In this document: positions 22,095 through 37,352 of the stretch, piece after piece
Numbering within the stretch: position 1 is the first letter of the stretch
How the letters are laid out: every line of letters begins with the position of its first letter
Origin: Piromyces finnis finn
Taxonomy: Eukaryota > Fungi > Neocallimastigomycota
Length of the DNA: 64,000 bases
NCBI GenBank assembly: GCA_002104945.1
Contig: MCFH01000018.1
Location: 682,001 to 746,000, forward strand
Reading direction: 5' to 3'
Notes under the pieces: generated by a model
Told to the model about the DNA's origin: nothing
Database searches by the model: none
What the model saw: the letters and a program-made list of their open reading frames with translations, nothing else
Program-made: the position numbers and the translations under genes

Positions 22095-24328
22095 TTAATT
22101 ATTATATTGATTAATAAGTTCATCAATGAGTTCTCTTTGATAATCTTGACTAAGTTCCCAAATCATAACACCTGCTAAACCCATTTCTTTAGCATATTTA
22201 GCACGTTCACGCATTGATTCAACATCATCATAAGAAATGTAACGTTTTTGATCACTAGTATTAAAGACAGTTGGTGACATAGCTGGACTACGCCATGTAC
22301 GTCTCCATGGGCTCTTGGCAGATGTTTTTCCACTAAGAACACCTTCAGTACGAAGGGCGTAGTATGACCAAGTACCACTATTACTTGAATCGCTAGATTG
22401 GCCTTTTACCTTACCATTACCAGGTTGTTGGAAACCATCATTAGTGGTTGATTGAACTTCCCAAGCTCTACCATAGAAAGCAGCACCAATAACTAATTTT
22501 GAGGCTGGTACACCTTGATCCATGTAGGCCTTAATTGATTGATCTGCATCATATTGATCATTCTTATCATTTGAAGTATGATATAATGGTGAATTTAAAC
22601 CGGCATATTTATTCCAACTACCAGCGTAGTCATAAGTCATCTAAAAAAATATTTTTTTTATTAAAAACTTTGTTATTATTTATTTTTTATGTAAAGTTTT
22701 AAGTGTTTTTTTCCCTAATTTATAAATAAATATAATACTTACAACATTAATCCAATCTAAATATTGAATGAATTGGTTGACATATCCATGATACTTCTTT
22801 GGCTTACCAGCAGAAGCAACTGTAAGAATTCTACTGTTACCAAGTTTTTCACGTAATAATTTCATAAAGTTTAAGTAGTAACTACTTTCAGTTGAATCAG
22901 CAGGGACTAAGAGGTGTTTATTATTATTGCATAATATTATTAGTTTTAATTAATAAATATATATTTTATTATATAAAATTAATTATATAAAATTAAGCTA
23001 CTTACATTCCCAATCTAAATCGACACCATCAAAGCCATTTTTAATACAGTAATTAATAACACTATTAACAGCATTAGTAGTAAGACGAGAACTGGCTAAT
23101 ATTTTACCCCAGTTCATTGAACCAGAAGCACCTCCAACACTAATAACAGTTCTGAGGTGTGGGAACTTTTTCTTAACAACAGTATTTAAGTATGGAATTA
23201 CACCAATTCCATTCCATTCGTTTTCTAAATTGGTATCTGAGGAGTAAACATTACCAGCATCATCAAGACGAAGGAATGCATAATTAACAACATCAATTCC
23301 ACTGAAATCAAATTTTGATAAATCAATCTTAGAATATAATCCATAATATGGTAAATAAACAACTACACCAGCTTTTCCTTTAGAAATAGAAGAAGAATTT
23401 TGTAAAGCTGAAGTAGAGGTAGAAGCTTTAGTTGTAGTACTATTCTTAGTAGTAGTTGTACTTTTTTTGGTGGTAGTTGTAGCAACAGCATTAGCTTTTT
23501 TAGTAGTTATTGTTTCAGTAACAGTAACTGTTTTTCTAATAGTTGAAGTTCTTTTTGTAGATTTTTTAGTAGTAGTGGTGGTCTTTTTGGTGGTAGTAGT
23601 AGTTTTTTTAGTGGTAGTAGTGGTCTTTTTAGTGGTAGTAGTGGTCTTTTTAGTAGTAGTTTTTTTAGTTGTAGTAGTTTTTTTGGTAGTGGTAGTGGTT
23701 TTTTTAGTGGTAGTTAATTGTGATCCACAGTAAGCTTCTCCAGTACCACAGTAACCATATTTAGAACAACATTGTCCTATATTAATAATATTTAATTTTT
23801 ATTGTTTACTCTTTTTAATTATTAATTTTTATAATTATTATATATTTAATTCTTATTACCATTTGGACAAGGACAATCTTCATCACATTTTCCTAATGCT
23901 TTATAGGTTGAGCACATAATAAGTGTATTTGTAGAAGAAGCTGCTCCTGGTAAACAATCACCATTTTGGCAACCTTCACCACAATACTCATCAGTTTCAC
24001 CACATCTACCATAAAATGAACAACATTTATAATATTCTTCATCTAATCTTGTATCATCTGGTGTAGTTTCGGCTAAATAAGAATATTCATCTAATATATA
24101 TAGGATATAGGTATTAATTAAAGAAATAAATATTATTTTAATATATAATTTATTATGTATCTAAAATTACGTTCATTAAATATTGATATGAAAATTCTAT
24201 TATATACCTTTAAAAGGACATCTAAAGAAGGCATTACATCTTCCTTCTCCTGGAGATTCATGAAATTCTTCATTTGCTGTAATTAATTTAAATAAACCAA
24301 AAAATAATGGTATAAATTTAACTTTCAT
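22095..24328 (-). CDS. Secreted GH18 chitinase with two N-terminal CBM18 (hevein-like) modules and a Thr/Lys-rich linker; 5 exons, ~610 aa
   Basis: Exons 24328-24208, 24090-23860, 23776-23006, 22906-22743 and 22640-22095 splice in frame with GT-AG. Signal peptide MKVKFIPLFFGLFKLITA; CCSFYGRCG and CCSKYGYCG; catalytic FDGVDLDWE; DWINVMTYDYAGSW; GVMIWELSQD. Confidence 0.92.
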
Positions 24329-26204
24329 TTTTACTTGATGTATCGTTTTACTTTTATCTATATTTTATTGTCCTTTCTTTCTGATATTCTATTCAATCAA
24401 TTTTTATTAATTTTTCCCAAAAATTTAAATTAAATTATTTGTATTCTAATATATGATATAATATATAATATAATTTATTAAGAAAAAAATAAAAAAAAAA
24501 AAATTTTTATTTTTTAATTATTTTTTGTTCCTTTTATACTTTTTTAAAAGAATAACAAATAAAATTTTAATTTATTAAGATTTTTAAATTATTTTTGTTA
24601 TTTAAATTTATTCATTGTTATTGTTTTTTTTTTTATTTTTCTTTTTTTTAAAAGTTAACTTTTATAATTGTATTTTAATTTTGTTTTTCATTTTTAATTT
24701 AACCAATAACAACCAATAAATTTATTACGGCTCTTTTTAAAAGTGCCTTTCAATTTATATAATTTTTGTTAATTTGAGTTGTTATATATAATAATTATGC
24801 TTATGAAATGATATAAATTGATTTCTGGTAGTTGTAATGGTGTGATAAGCGATAATAATCAAATATATTATTAAGAATTTTTTTTTTTTTTTTTTTTCGT
24901 TTACATTAACGATGTTATTAAGCGTTAGTATTTATGTATTCTATAAATATGATAGTATAAATATATAATGAGATTCATTAAAAATTATTTATTTTTGAGT
25001 TTCTTTTTTTTCTTCTCAGTACTTGTTATAATACCATTCCATTAATTTAGTTTAGGAATTCCTTAAAAATTTTTTAAAAACTTTAAACATTAAAACGCTA
25101 AAATACCTTAATCGAATATTTAAATAACGAAAAAGATTTAAAACATCATTATTAAATAAATACAATTACCTCATAAATTTAAATAATATACTCGTAATAA
25201 CATAATAGTATATTAAATAAGTAGTTAAAATTTAAAATTTATATAATTTATATTATAATTTTTATTATTAATTATTATTTTATAGATATTATAATAATTA
25301 AGAGAAATTATGAAAGAGTAATAAAATTTTAATATTTAATATTTATTTGTATGTATATATTAACATTGACATATAAATTATATAATAAAATGCATAAAAT
25401 GCTTATAATTTTAATAGTTATTAAAATTAAAAATATTCATTAAATGCATATGCATAAATAAAATGAAAAATTTAAAGTATTGATAATAAGAAAAATGTTA
25501 TATTCATTATGATTTAGGTTTTGAAAAAGATGGCACTATTAAAATTTTACTTTTTCTAAAATGTATACAGTACAATGATTTTTTTTTTTTTAATACAACA
25601 ATATTAATAAGAAGATTAAACCAAAACATAGCAAAGTTAAAACAAACCAAAGAAAAATAATATATATATATTTTAGATATAAGAATGTAAATGAAATAAT
25701 CTAAATTTAAGTAATATCGATTTATTTTTATTACAATAAAAATGTTAAACTTTATGTATAATTATTATAATTATTTATTAAAAGAAATTCGAAACAATTA
25801 AAACAATGCATAATATGTAACTTATACTAACAAATTTTTAATTTGGAAAAAAAATTTTAAATAAAAATGTATAAAATATTATTTACGAAATATTTGAAAT
25901 TATAATATAAATTAAAATTTTATCATTATTGTAAAGCTAAACCTTTTATTTTTAATTTAAACGTATAATAAAATTTTAAGATAAATCTTAAAAAAGCTAA
26001 AAAGTAAATATAATTATTTTTTTTAAATAAGTTTTAAAATTCTAAAAATTGAAATAGTCTTTCTCATAAACCGCAGTATGGAAGTAAATTTGTAATGATT
26101 AAAATTTATAAAATTGAAAACGGCATTGTTATAAAAATTATAATAAATAATAATAATATATATGTACTATAAACTTTATTAATATATTATAAATTGCAAG
26201 TTGC

Positions 26205-26240
<36 letters not shown>

Positions 26241-26568
26241 TAAAGTAGTTTTATTTGGAATAATAAAAATTATTTTTTAAAAGTTTTATGACACTTTTTA
26301 TTTTATAGCTTTTCATTAAGATGGTATTAATATGATTAAATAAATTTTAAGATAATAAGAATCATATAGAGAATAAAAAATCGAAAGGTATAAAGTCGTT
26401 ATATAGTTAATTATTTTTTTTTTTCAACTTCAGAAACTATTATTATAATTTTTCAAAAAATAATTATATGTATAAATATTATTTCGTTTTTTTTTAATAT
26501 CATATTTTATATAGAAAATATAAAAATATGTTTAAATCATTTATAATATAATCATCATTTTTATAATG

Positions 26569-26625
<57 letters not shown>

Positions 26626-27262
26626 TATGAAAAATAGTAGTTTTTTTTTTCTTTTCAGAGCTTAGTATAAAATGAAAAAAAAGGTGGAATATTATTATTA
26701 TTATTATTTATGCTTATTATAGAGTAATATTTGAAACCTTTATTGACAAGGTTATTTCTAAAAAATAAAAAAAAAAATATACATTTGTTAATTCACGATT
26801 TTAAACTGTAGATTAAAATTTTAATTTTTTGAAATTAAGATGAAGCATACATCAAATATTTAAAATGTAATGTAAATTAGATTAATTACATTATTTTTTG
26901 TAATGTATTTTAAATTAATAGATAATATATATATATTATATATTTTTTTTTTTATTTTTTTAAATTATTAGTTTGAATTTTTATAAAGTAAGTAATATTA
27001 TTAATCATTCAATGTAAAAAATAGAAAAGAAAGAATAAAATATTTCTAGAAGTAGTATAGAAATTAAATTTAAAAATATAAAATTGTATAATATATATTT
27101 TATATTATACAATATTATTTAGTATATATTATAACTATATAAATATATATGTTAAAAAAGCTCAAAAATTTTTTATTATAAAGATGAATTGTCATCTATA
27201 TTTGTATAATCATAAACTATTCTCTAATGAAAAATATTTTATAAATATAAAGCAATACAATA

Positions 27263-29944
27263 ATGTCAAACGAATTTAAAGTAGGAGAAATTGTATGGAC
27301 TAAACTTAGAGGACATCCATGGTGGCCATCTCGAGTATATATTATTTTAATAAATCTAAATATATAAATTAAACTAAATATTATATAATATATATTATAA
27401 ACTTTCTCTATGAATATGAATATGTAATTTATAAATACGAATATAATTTGTGATATTTATATTATACATTTAAGCAATAAAACAAACTAAAAAAAACAAA
27501 AAAGATAAAAATAAATAAAAAAAGGGGATTAATGAACATAAAAAAAAAATAAAAAAGAAATTTCAATATATATTTTAATAATGAACATAAAAAAAAAAAA
27601 ATAAAAAAGAAATTTCAATATATATTTTAAATATGTAATTACATATTGTGTGGGAAGAAGCTTTTTTTTTTTTTTTTTTTTATAGCTATATTTTTAAAAT
27701 ATATATATGATGATAAAATTTATTTTAAAAGATTATTAATTCAATAATTACAATTACATATCTTAATTTGTATTTAAATCAAATCGTTTTATCTTTATTT
27801 TATAGTTTACAATTAAATTCTAGATAAACATTTTAAATTAATAATATAATCTAATATTGAAAGCTTTTAAATAATAATAAATAGAATCAATTATTATTTA
27901 TATATATATATATATATTTATAAAAATGATTTCTAATAATCTTTTATTAATTTATAATTATTAATTTATCTCAATACATATTATTATTATAATTTGTAAA
28001 TGTAGATTGAAGATGAAGAAACAATTCCTAAAAATGTATTAAGTCAAAAACCAAGAAATGGAAATAGTATACCAGTTATGTTTTTTGGATCACGAGATTA
28101 GTAATATTTAATTAAAAAATTTTTATAATAATATTTATAATTTAAATTAATTCAATTCAATTCAATTCAATTAAATATATATATTTTTAAAAAAATATGA
28201 AATTATATTTGAATTTCAGTGCTTGGGTGAGTAATGAAGCTATTAAGTCATATGAAGAACATAAAAAAGATTTTATAAAAAAAAAGAATACAGCTTTATT
28301 TGATAAAGCAGTTCAACAAGCAAATGATCCTTCAATATTAGAAAAAGAAATAGCGCTTGAAAAAGCAGAGTATGAAGAAGAAGAAATAGAAGAAGAAGAA
28401 GATGAAGAAGAAGAAGAGGAGGAAGAAGAGAAACCAAAAAAAAATAATAAAAGAGGAAAAAGATCTACTAAAGCTGAACCAGCTAGAAAAAAGAGAAAGG
28501 AAGAAGCATCATCAAAATCTAGTAAAAATCAAGTAAGTATTAATCAGGAATAAATATAATATAAAAATATATTTTTATTGATTTTTTTTTTAAAAATTAT
28601 TTTACTTTGTAATTGTTATTATTATATTATGTTATTTGTTATCATATTTTTATTTATGTTAACGTTATTTTAAAGAAAAATACTCACAAAGAAATAAAAG
28701 AAGAAAAACGGGAAAAAAAGACAGAAGAATTAGAAGTTAATTCTGAACAATCATCTGATCATAATGAACATAAAAAGGAACATAAACATAAAAGACATGG
28801 AAGCCCTTCAAATTATATATGTAAGTTGATTTATTATGAATATAACAGGAATCGATAAATGATATATTTAATAATAAAAAAAAGATAAAAACACTTAATA
28901 ATACAAGTTCCAATATAAAACAAAATAAAAAGTAATCAATTTATAAACAAAAAATAAGTAAACGTATCAGGATTCAGAATTAATGATGGAAATAATAAAA
29001 GAGGATTTATTAAATAATAAACAAATAACTATGTATATATTTATTATAAATTAATCAAATGCTTTTTATAAATGATAAATATATATAGATATTTGTTATA
29101 TTACTACTTTTTTATATTTATATTATAATTTTTTATTATTATCATTATTTTCCAAATTAATATATAATTTTCCTATTATTAAATATAAATTGATTTATAT
29201 GATATTTTAGATTTGAAAACAAGAGCAAAAATTCAAAAATTATTAACAGCTGATTTTGATGTAAATATCAATAATATAATTTTAATTCCAAAAAAAAAAA
29301 AAAAAAAGGATAGTAGTATATAAATCATAATAATATATTTATTTTTATTTAATAAAAAGAATAAAAATATAAGACAAAAAGCATCTGATTTACTTGATGA
29401 AGCTGACAGAATACCAATGACATTGGAAATTTTAAAGGTATAATTAAATATAAAACTAATCGTAGATATTTAATATTGGAAATTTATTGGAAGAAAAAAA
29501 AAATAATATTGTCAATAATTAACAAAATTCATACTTACCAAATAATAGGATACCAAAATAGGAAAAGTAGTAAAAAAGTTTTCACAAATTGAAATTAAAA
29601 ATGATACATTGGATTTAACTAAGAGAGCTACTGATTTATTAGTTAAATGGAAGTCTGTTGTTGTTCCACATCATAAAAATCCAAAAATTAATGACACTAA
29701 TACACCTAATGAATCATCCGAACAATTAGATCATTCAGAAAATGAAAATTCAACTGCAACAAAATTAAGTGAAAATGAAGTAGAAGAATCTGCAAATAAC
29801 AAAAATAATGATGAATCAATAAATTTACCAAAAGAGAATGATTCCAAAAATTCTATAGAAACTGAAAATAAAGATGAAAATAAGATGGATGAAGACAAAT
29901 CTTCAATAAAGGAAGAACAAAAAGAACAAGAGAAAAAAGAGTAA
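27263..29944 (+). CDS. PWWP-domain chromatin protein with an acidic/basic linker and a C-terminal TFIIS-N-like domain (about 7 exons)
   Basis: Exon 1 MSNEFKVGEIVWTKLRGHPWWPSR (27263-27334), exon 2 ...VMFFGSRDY (28006-28100), exon 3 AWVSNEAIKSY from 28220. Later exons give LEILKDTKIGKVVKK...ATDLLVKWK. Confidence 0.85.
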
Positions 29945-30588
29945 GAGAAATCAGAAAAAAAAATATTGATCATTTAATGATGTAAATAGATAAATATCTA
30001 AAACACTAGCAGTTATTAAAACAACAATATCAACTCAATTTATTATAATATATATGTATAAATAACAAATTTTTATGTAATACTTGTAGTTGGAAAAGTT
30101 AGTTTTTTCCTACTATTTTTAATAATTACACTTATTTATTAATTATTACTGTTATTTTAACTATTTCTTCTTTTATTTAAACTAAATTACTTTTTTATTT
30201 TCTTTCTTTCTTATATTTATTCAAACAAGTATAAAGAGTTATAAAATATATATTTCCTTCCTTATTTTATTATTTTTATTCTATTCTATTCTATTCTATT
30301 TTTTTTTTTTCTTTATTCATTAATTCGTTCGTTTTTTTTTTTTTTTATTAAAAAAAAAAGTTTTTATAAGAACTTAAAAACTACTATTATTAAAAAAAAA
30401 TGAATATACATATTTATAATGACCTTATGAGTGAATCAATAAATATAAAAAATATAAATCATAATTATAATAAAAATATAATATTTAATATGTATATGTA
30501 TCCTGTTCTTTTTTTTTTTTTTTTTTTTTTAAATAATTTATGATTATTTTATTTATTTTAAATTATAAGGTTAATTATTAAATTACAA

Positions 30589-30619
<31 letters not shown>

Positions 30620-30689
30620 TTATAATGATTATATAAGTAATATAAAATATATTTATATAAATTTACATACATATATATTTTTTTATTTT

Positions 30690-30741
<52 letters not shown>

Positions 30742-32293
30742 TTAAGCATTTAAATTATCAATAATATTTTTTCTTTCTAATTGCTGACAAGTAGTTCTAA
30801 AACGTTTACTCATTCTATGTTTAGAATGATTCAAATTTAAATAATTTTGTTTAACAATAATATTATCAAAAACTATTGGTTTATTAAGTGAGAGAGGAAG
30901 CGGTACACCAAAAGCTTTAAGTTTACGTGAACATCTTCTTACTTTACGGTTCTCATCTGGATATGGATTAATTCGACATGATAATAATTTTTCAATTGCA
31001 GAAGCCATCCTTTGTTTATTCTTTAAAAGATTTTCATAATCTATTTTATCAATAATTTTTTTTTTTTCAATTTTTTTTATTGTACATAATATTTATTACA
31101 TATTTTATTGATGAAAGATACAATTAAATATTTATATTTATATAATTTATATATTTCATTATATTAATTATTTTTTTTTTAAGATAATAATATCAACAAT
31201 TTATATAAATAATTACCGTTTTCACCATTATTTTCATTATCATTAATTTTTTCTTCCTTTTTCTCCTCCGTTTCATTTTTATTTTCTGTTTCTATGGTGG
31301 TAATTTCAATTTCTTTATTAATTTCCATTTCCTTCTTTATTTCATTTCCTTTTTTATTTTTGGTGTTTTGTAGTTTTTCTTTATTTTTTTCTTTTTTACT
31401 TATTTCTTTTGGGATTATTGATTTCAATTGACCAAATGTACGTTCTTTACTATTTTTTTTTAAATGATTTTTAGTTTTTTCATTTTTTATTTGCCTTTTA
31501 TTCTTTTTTGGAATATCTTTGGTAATCTTTATATTTTCAGTATCTTCGCTTTTTATATTATTACTATTCATACTGGAAGTACTACTACAACTATCCGATG
31601 TGTTATTAATAATTTCATTTTGATAGGGTATTAAATTATTAATTTCCATGTGATGCTTTTTTTTCTCTAATTCTTGCATTTTATATAAATGATATTGTAA
31701 TATTTCGTTTTCTCTATTTTTTACTCTTTTTTCTGCCAATTCATATTTACGGTGTCTATTATTATAAGCTAAATCGGAAATATCTTCATTCTTTAGAATA
31801 AAATTTTTATAAAAAATTATTTTAATTAATTATTTCATATTGTTTTTATATATATATTATAAATAAAATTATAATTTTTATTAAAACAAAATAAAGGTGT
31901 TTTTATATTAACCTTATCTTCTGCTTCATTTAATATAGTTGTAAAATCGTGGACTTCAAAATGTGGTATTGGTATATTGACTTTAAAATTATTTCTTATT
32001 GAAGCTTTTCTTGGTTTAATATTTTTTGATAATTCGGGTATACTTAAAACTATATTTTCATCATATAATATTTCTTCTGGAAATAATGTAATTTAGTTTT
32101 TATGAATGAATGATAAAATTTCATTAATTATTTTTAGGGAAAAATAGTTACCTTTTTTGCTGTTTAACTTTGTTGAGATATCTTTTGTTAATGTATCAAA
32201 TGTATCTATTGTATTATTATTATTACGAGGCCTTAAACTCATTTTCTCCTCATTTCCGTTAAACACTGGTTTTCTTCCATGATAGCTATTCAT
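30742..32293 (-). CDS. PEHE-domain / Sas4-like putative MYST histone-acetyltransferase complex subunit (4 exons)
   Basis: The spliced model gives NIPIPHFEVHD...NEDISDLAYNNRHRKYELAEKRVKNRENE, matching the P..E..H..E pattern, and a C-terminal RKLKAFGVPLP. Family assignment is from motif recall, not a search. Confidence 0.6.
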
Positions 32294-32794
32294 TTTTCAA
32301 TTAAGGTCTTAATTTATAATAAATACAATATAAATAAATATATTTTTTTATTTTATTTTTTATTTTTATTTATATATTTCTTTCTATTAAATATTGATTT
32401 GAAATTTTTATTTTAATAAAAATGAAAATAAATTTGTGGGAAAATTAATAAAAATGAAAAAATAAAAAAGAAATAATTTATTATTATTTTAAAAAGGGGA
32501 AAACTAAAATAAAGTAATTAAAAAAAAAAAAAATAAATTATTATTATTTTTAGAATAATAAAGTTACCTCTTAAAAATATTATTTATGTTACATAAATTA
32601 TTTAAACATATATTATTTTACATAAATAAGATTTAATAATTAATAAATGTAAATTATCTAAATTATCTATCTCTAATAAAATAATATGAGAATTATTTAG
32701 AAGACTTGATATTATTTATAATTTTATATAAAAGTAATCTTTTATATGATCATAATATTCCTTTTAATAATAATATTACAATAATATTTTATTG

Positions 32795-32873
<79 letters not shown>

Positions 32874-32925
32874 ACAAATAAACAAATAAATAAGTAAACA
32901 AACAAATAAATAAATAAATAAATAA
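32795..32925. repeat. (TAAA)n microsatellite with CAAA variants
   Basis: Direct reading. Confidence 0.9.
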
Positions 32926-33471
32926 ATATATATATATATAAATAAATAAATTTGTTGCTATATATAATTCTAAAGATGGAAAGACTTTTTAATGATACTA
33001 TTTTGAAGATATTTATAAATAGAGAAATCTGAAATTTCTCTCTTTTATTATTATTTATTTATTTATTTATTTATTTTTTTAATTTCACAATGTATAAAAT
33101 AATCCATAAATTATAATACATCAATCCAAATCCAAATGATAATTGATTTCTAAAACATTATTAAAAACTAATATTAATATTAATATTTACCTTTTTATAA
33201 CTATTAATATGTATTTTGATATATTAATACTATTATTGAAGAGAACGCTTTAAATTAATTCATTACATAACGCTTTCTTTTTTATTATTTTTTTTCTTTT
33301 CTTTTTATTAAAAAATGTTTAGAAATAATTTTTAATATATGATTGGATACAATTGTAAATAATTTTCTTATTTTTTAATTATTTTTAAAATTTTGTTATA
33401 TAGAATATTATCTTTTTAGTTATTTATTTATAACAATAAAGTAATAATAATAATAATAACAATAAAAAAAA

Positions 33472-34227
33472 ATGTCAGATACAATTAGTGTTCTCTTTGT
33501 TTGTTTAGGAAATATTTGCCGTTCACCAATGGCTGAAGCTGTTTTCACCCATGAAGTTGTTCAACGTAATTTAAGAAACAGATTCACTATTGATAGTTGT
33601 GGAACTTGCGATTATCATGTTGGTGAATCACCAGATTCTCGTAGTAGTAGAACTTGTAAAAAGCATGGTGTTCCAGTAAACCACAGAGCAAGACAAGTAT
33701 ATATATATTTTATTATTTTTTAAATACAAACTTTATGATTATATTACTTTTTTTTTTTTTTTTTTTTTAATATAAACATGTAATTTATTATTTTCATCTT
33801 TTTTATTTATTTATTTTTCTATTAAATATTATATTTTAAATATTTTAATTATAACATATATTAAAGATTTGTCAGGAAGATTTTGAAAGATTCGACCATA
33901 TTCTTTGTATGGACTATAGTAATTTAGAAGATTTAAAATATATGGCACCAAAAGGCACAGAAAAGAAAAGTATATATCATCGTTGACATATTTGTAGTGC
34001 AATAACATAATAATAAACAAAAGTAATAATTCCAAATTAAAATTTTTTATTAATAATTATTATATATATATATAATTTAGTTCAATTATTTGGCGAATAT
34101 GACACAGATAAGAAAAATGACAAAATTATTAAAGATCCATATTATTCAGGAATTGATGGTAAATTATTTAATATATTAATAAAAAAAAAAAAAAAAAAAC
34201 ATCTTAAACTTAAATTTTAACAAATTA

Positions 34228-34311
<84 letters not shown>

Positions 34312-34446
34312 AATCAAAAACAAAATTTGTAACTATTAATTATATCTATTGTTTTTGAATAATATAATATTTATAAAGGTTTTGAAACTAATTTTGAACA
34401 AGTTACTCGTTGTTCAAAAGGTTTATTAGCTTCTCTTGGTTTTTGA
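33472..34446 (+). CDS. LTP1: Low-molecular-weight protein tyrosine phosphatase (4 exons)
   Basis: P-loop VCLGNICRSPMAE. Later exons give ICQEDFERFDHILCMD, IKDPYY and GFETNFEQVTRCSKGLL; stop at 34444-34446. Confidence 0.93.
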
Positions 34447-35635
34447 GAATCAACAACTAATAATTATATTTCCAAGATTTAATATATAAAAATAATACCA
34501 AAAAAAAATTCTTCCGTCATTAACAATGATAAAATTCATAAAGTCAATACCCAAAATAATAAAAAAATAATACTAAAATTCAACAAATCTTTAGAAAAAT
34601 TCATTGGGGATGTTATTAACAATAGCGATAATATATTTTATAAAACATATGGTGATTGAAAATACCATCTTTATTGTATTTAATTGCTAAATAAATGTTG
34701 CTGAAACAAAAGATTTAATCTAAATAGTAAAAAAGGGATATATATATTAATAAATAAGTAAAAAATAAAACACGATAATAATTCTAATTATAATAAATGT
34801 ATGTACACATTTCAATAATTGTATAATTTATATTAAAGAGTAAATTAATAAATAAGAAAAAAAATAAAATGTAATATTTAATACTATTTTTTATCTTATT
34901 ATTCATAAAAATGATGATAATAATAACCACTATTTATTTTCGAATTTTATAAAATCTTTTTTTTTTTTTAAAATTTCAATTTTTACTTTTTCATTCATTA
35001 TAAAAATTATAAAAAAGCTTTTGAAAAGAAGATCAAAAAATAAAATTTAAAATTCTTTTTTAATTAATCTTTTTTTTTATTCTTATCAAAAATTTTGAAA
35101 AAATATAATAATTAAAGTTTACTAAATTAATATATAAATAATTAAAAAATGAAGACAAAAAAAATTTTTTTTTTTTTTCATTTCATTATTGATAAGATAA
35201 AAAATTTTAAAGATTCCATTTTCATATCTTTTTTTTTCCCCTTCTTTATTTTTATTTAATTATTATTATTATTATTACTTTTATTTCTTTTATTATTTAT
35301 ATTATATTATATATAGTTTCTTTTTCTTATTTTAGTTTATATTATTATTTGTATCTTTTTTTTTTTATTTTACTTTATAGGTAAAGTAAATAGTTTATTA
35401 TCTTTTTTCTTTTTTTTTTTTTTAAAAAAATTATAAAGTTAAAGAAAAAATATTTCAACATTCTAGCTGACATAATATTTAATATAAAAATATTAAGGTT
35501 TATTAAATATTAAATATATTCAAACCCCACATTCTACCAAACTACACATATCAACATAAAATCCAATTTTGTGACATTTCATATTGACAAAACTGTTAAT
35601 AGCTTTAAATTTCAATAAAAAGACATGGAAATATA

Positions 35636-35641
35636 AAATAA

Positions 35642-35716
<75 letters not shown>

Positions 35717-35718
35717 AT
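35636..35718. repeat. (TAAA)n microsatellite just upstream of the F-box/ankyrin start codon
   Basis: Direct reading. Confidence 0.9.
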
Positions 35719-35737
35719 ATACATATCTATATAAAAA

Positions 35738-37274
35738 ATGGCCAAGTTCACAGATATTCCTTTAGAAATTTTAAAAAGAATTTCTTTATTTATTGATAAA
35801 GATACAACCACAAATTTAATGAAGACTTGTAAAAAAAGTAATGCCATTGGATATGAAATACCAGTTATTTTAAAATTTATTAATGAATATATGAAACCGT
35901 ATGAATCAGTTACAGTGGCAATATCTCCAAAAGATAAAGATAATGAGTACCTTTCAAAAATAAGTTCTTTTTATCATTATTTAATAAAGTATAAACCATG
36001 TATAGAGTATGCTAGAAAAAAGTATATATTATTTTACAATGTTATTGCATTGAATAATTCTCATTTTTTCAGGTATATCTGCTCAAGAATTTCTTTCTTC
36101 CCTTCAGTAATATGCTTTAATGGTCTGAGTTTAGCATCAAAGGTCGGATTAGTCGAATGCTTTAACTTTTTTACTGAACATACACATATGATACAATATA
36201 GTGATGGGGATAAAGATTTTAGTTTTATAAAGGAAAAGAATTATTTTGATTTTTTATTAAATGCTTGTCAAGGTGGTCACGCTGAAGTTATAAATAAATT
36301 ATTTGAAATGGAAAAATCCTCTTTTATTAGTAAACCAATAAATACTATTGCTCATAGTAATACAGCGTTTGATACAGCATGTGAAAATGGTCATTTAAAA
36401 ATTGTGAAATTATTGATACATCGTCCAGAAATGAAAAACATTGATAGTTGGGATAATGCTATGAAAAAAATCATTGATCTTCATCATTTCGATGTAGCCT
36501 TATATTTAATGACGGAAGTCAATCATGGAAATAAAGAAATGATATCAAACAATACCCGTAATTATGCCTTCAGAGTAGCCATTAAGAATAAAAACTATTT
36601 ACTTACTGATGCTCTTTTAGTAGATTCAAAACCGATAACAAATATTAATTGGTCATTTTCCATTAAAAATGCTCTCATTAATGAAGATGTACAACTTTTA
36701 CGTATTCTCTTGAAACACATAGCTCACCTGAACAATAAAGAAAAAATAGTTAATATGAATATTACAAATTCCATAATGAAATTAGTTGTAAAGAAGCCAA
36801 ATTCTGAAATACTTCCACTGATGAAAAAAATAGTAAATATCTCTGAAAAATTTCTATCAGATGAAAATAAAATTATAAAATCTGTATTAATGAATAATTC
36901 ATGTACTAAAATTGAAAATCTATTATATATATTAATTTTAAAATTAAATAAAATAGCCTTTCCTCCCAATACAAAAAATATTTTAAATACTATCGAAAAC
37001 GAATATTTTACCACCGATTTTGTATTATTATCAGAGAATAATAAAAAAAGCAAGGATAATGATAATAATAACCTAAATAAAAACATTATTGATGATAGTA
37101 TAAATTCAAAAATAAATAATAACAATGACAAAATTGATATCACCAATAATAATACCATCACAAATTGTTGCCATACCAACAATAAAAATAACCTTAACAA
37201 TAGAAATGTATATGATAATCATAATGATGATAAGGAGGCCAAAAATAACAAATCAAGTCATCATCATAAAATGG

Positions 37275-37352
<78 letters not shown>

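Noticed and set aside
23467-23733. Val-rich 88-aa ORF
   Set aside because: Antisense of the Thr/Lys linker of the chitinase.
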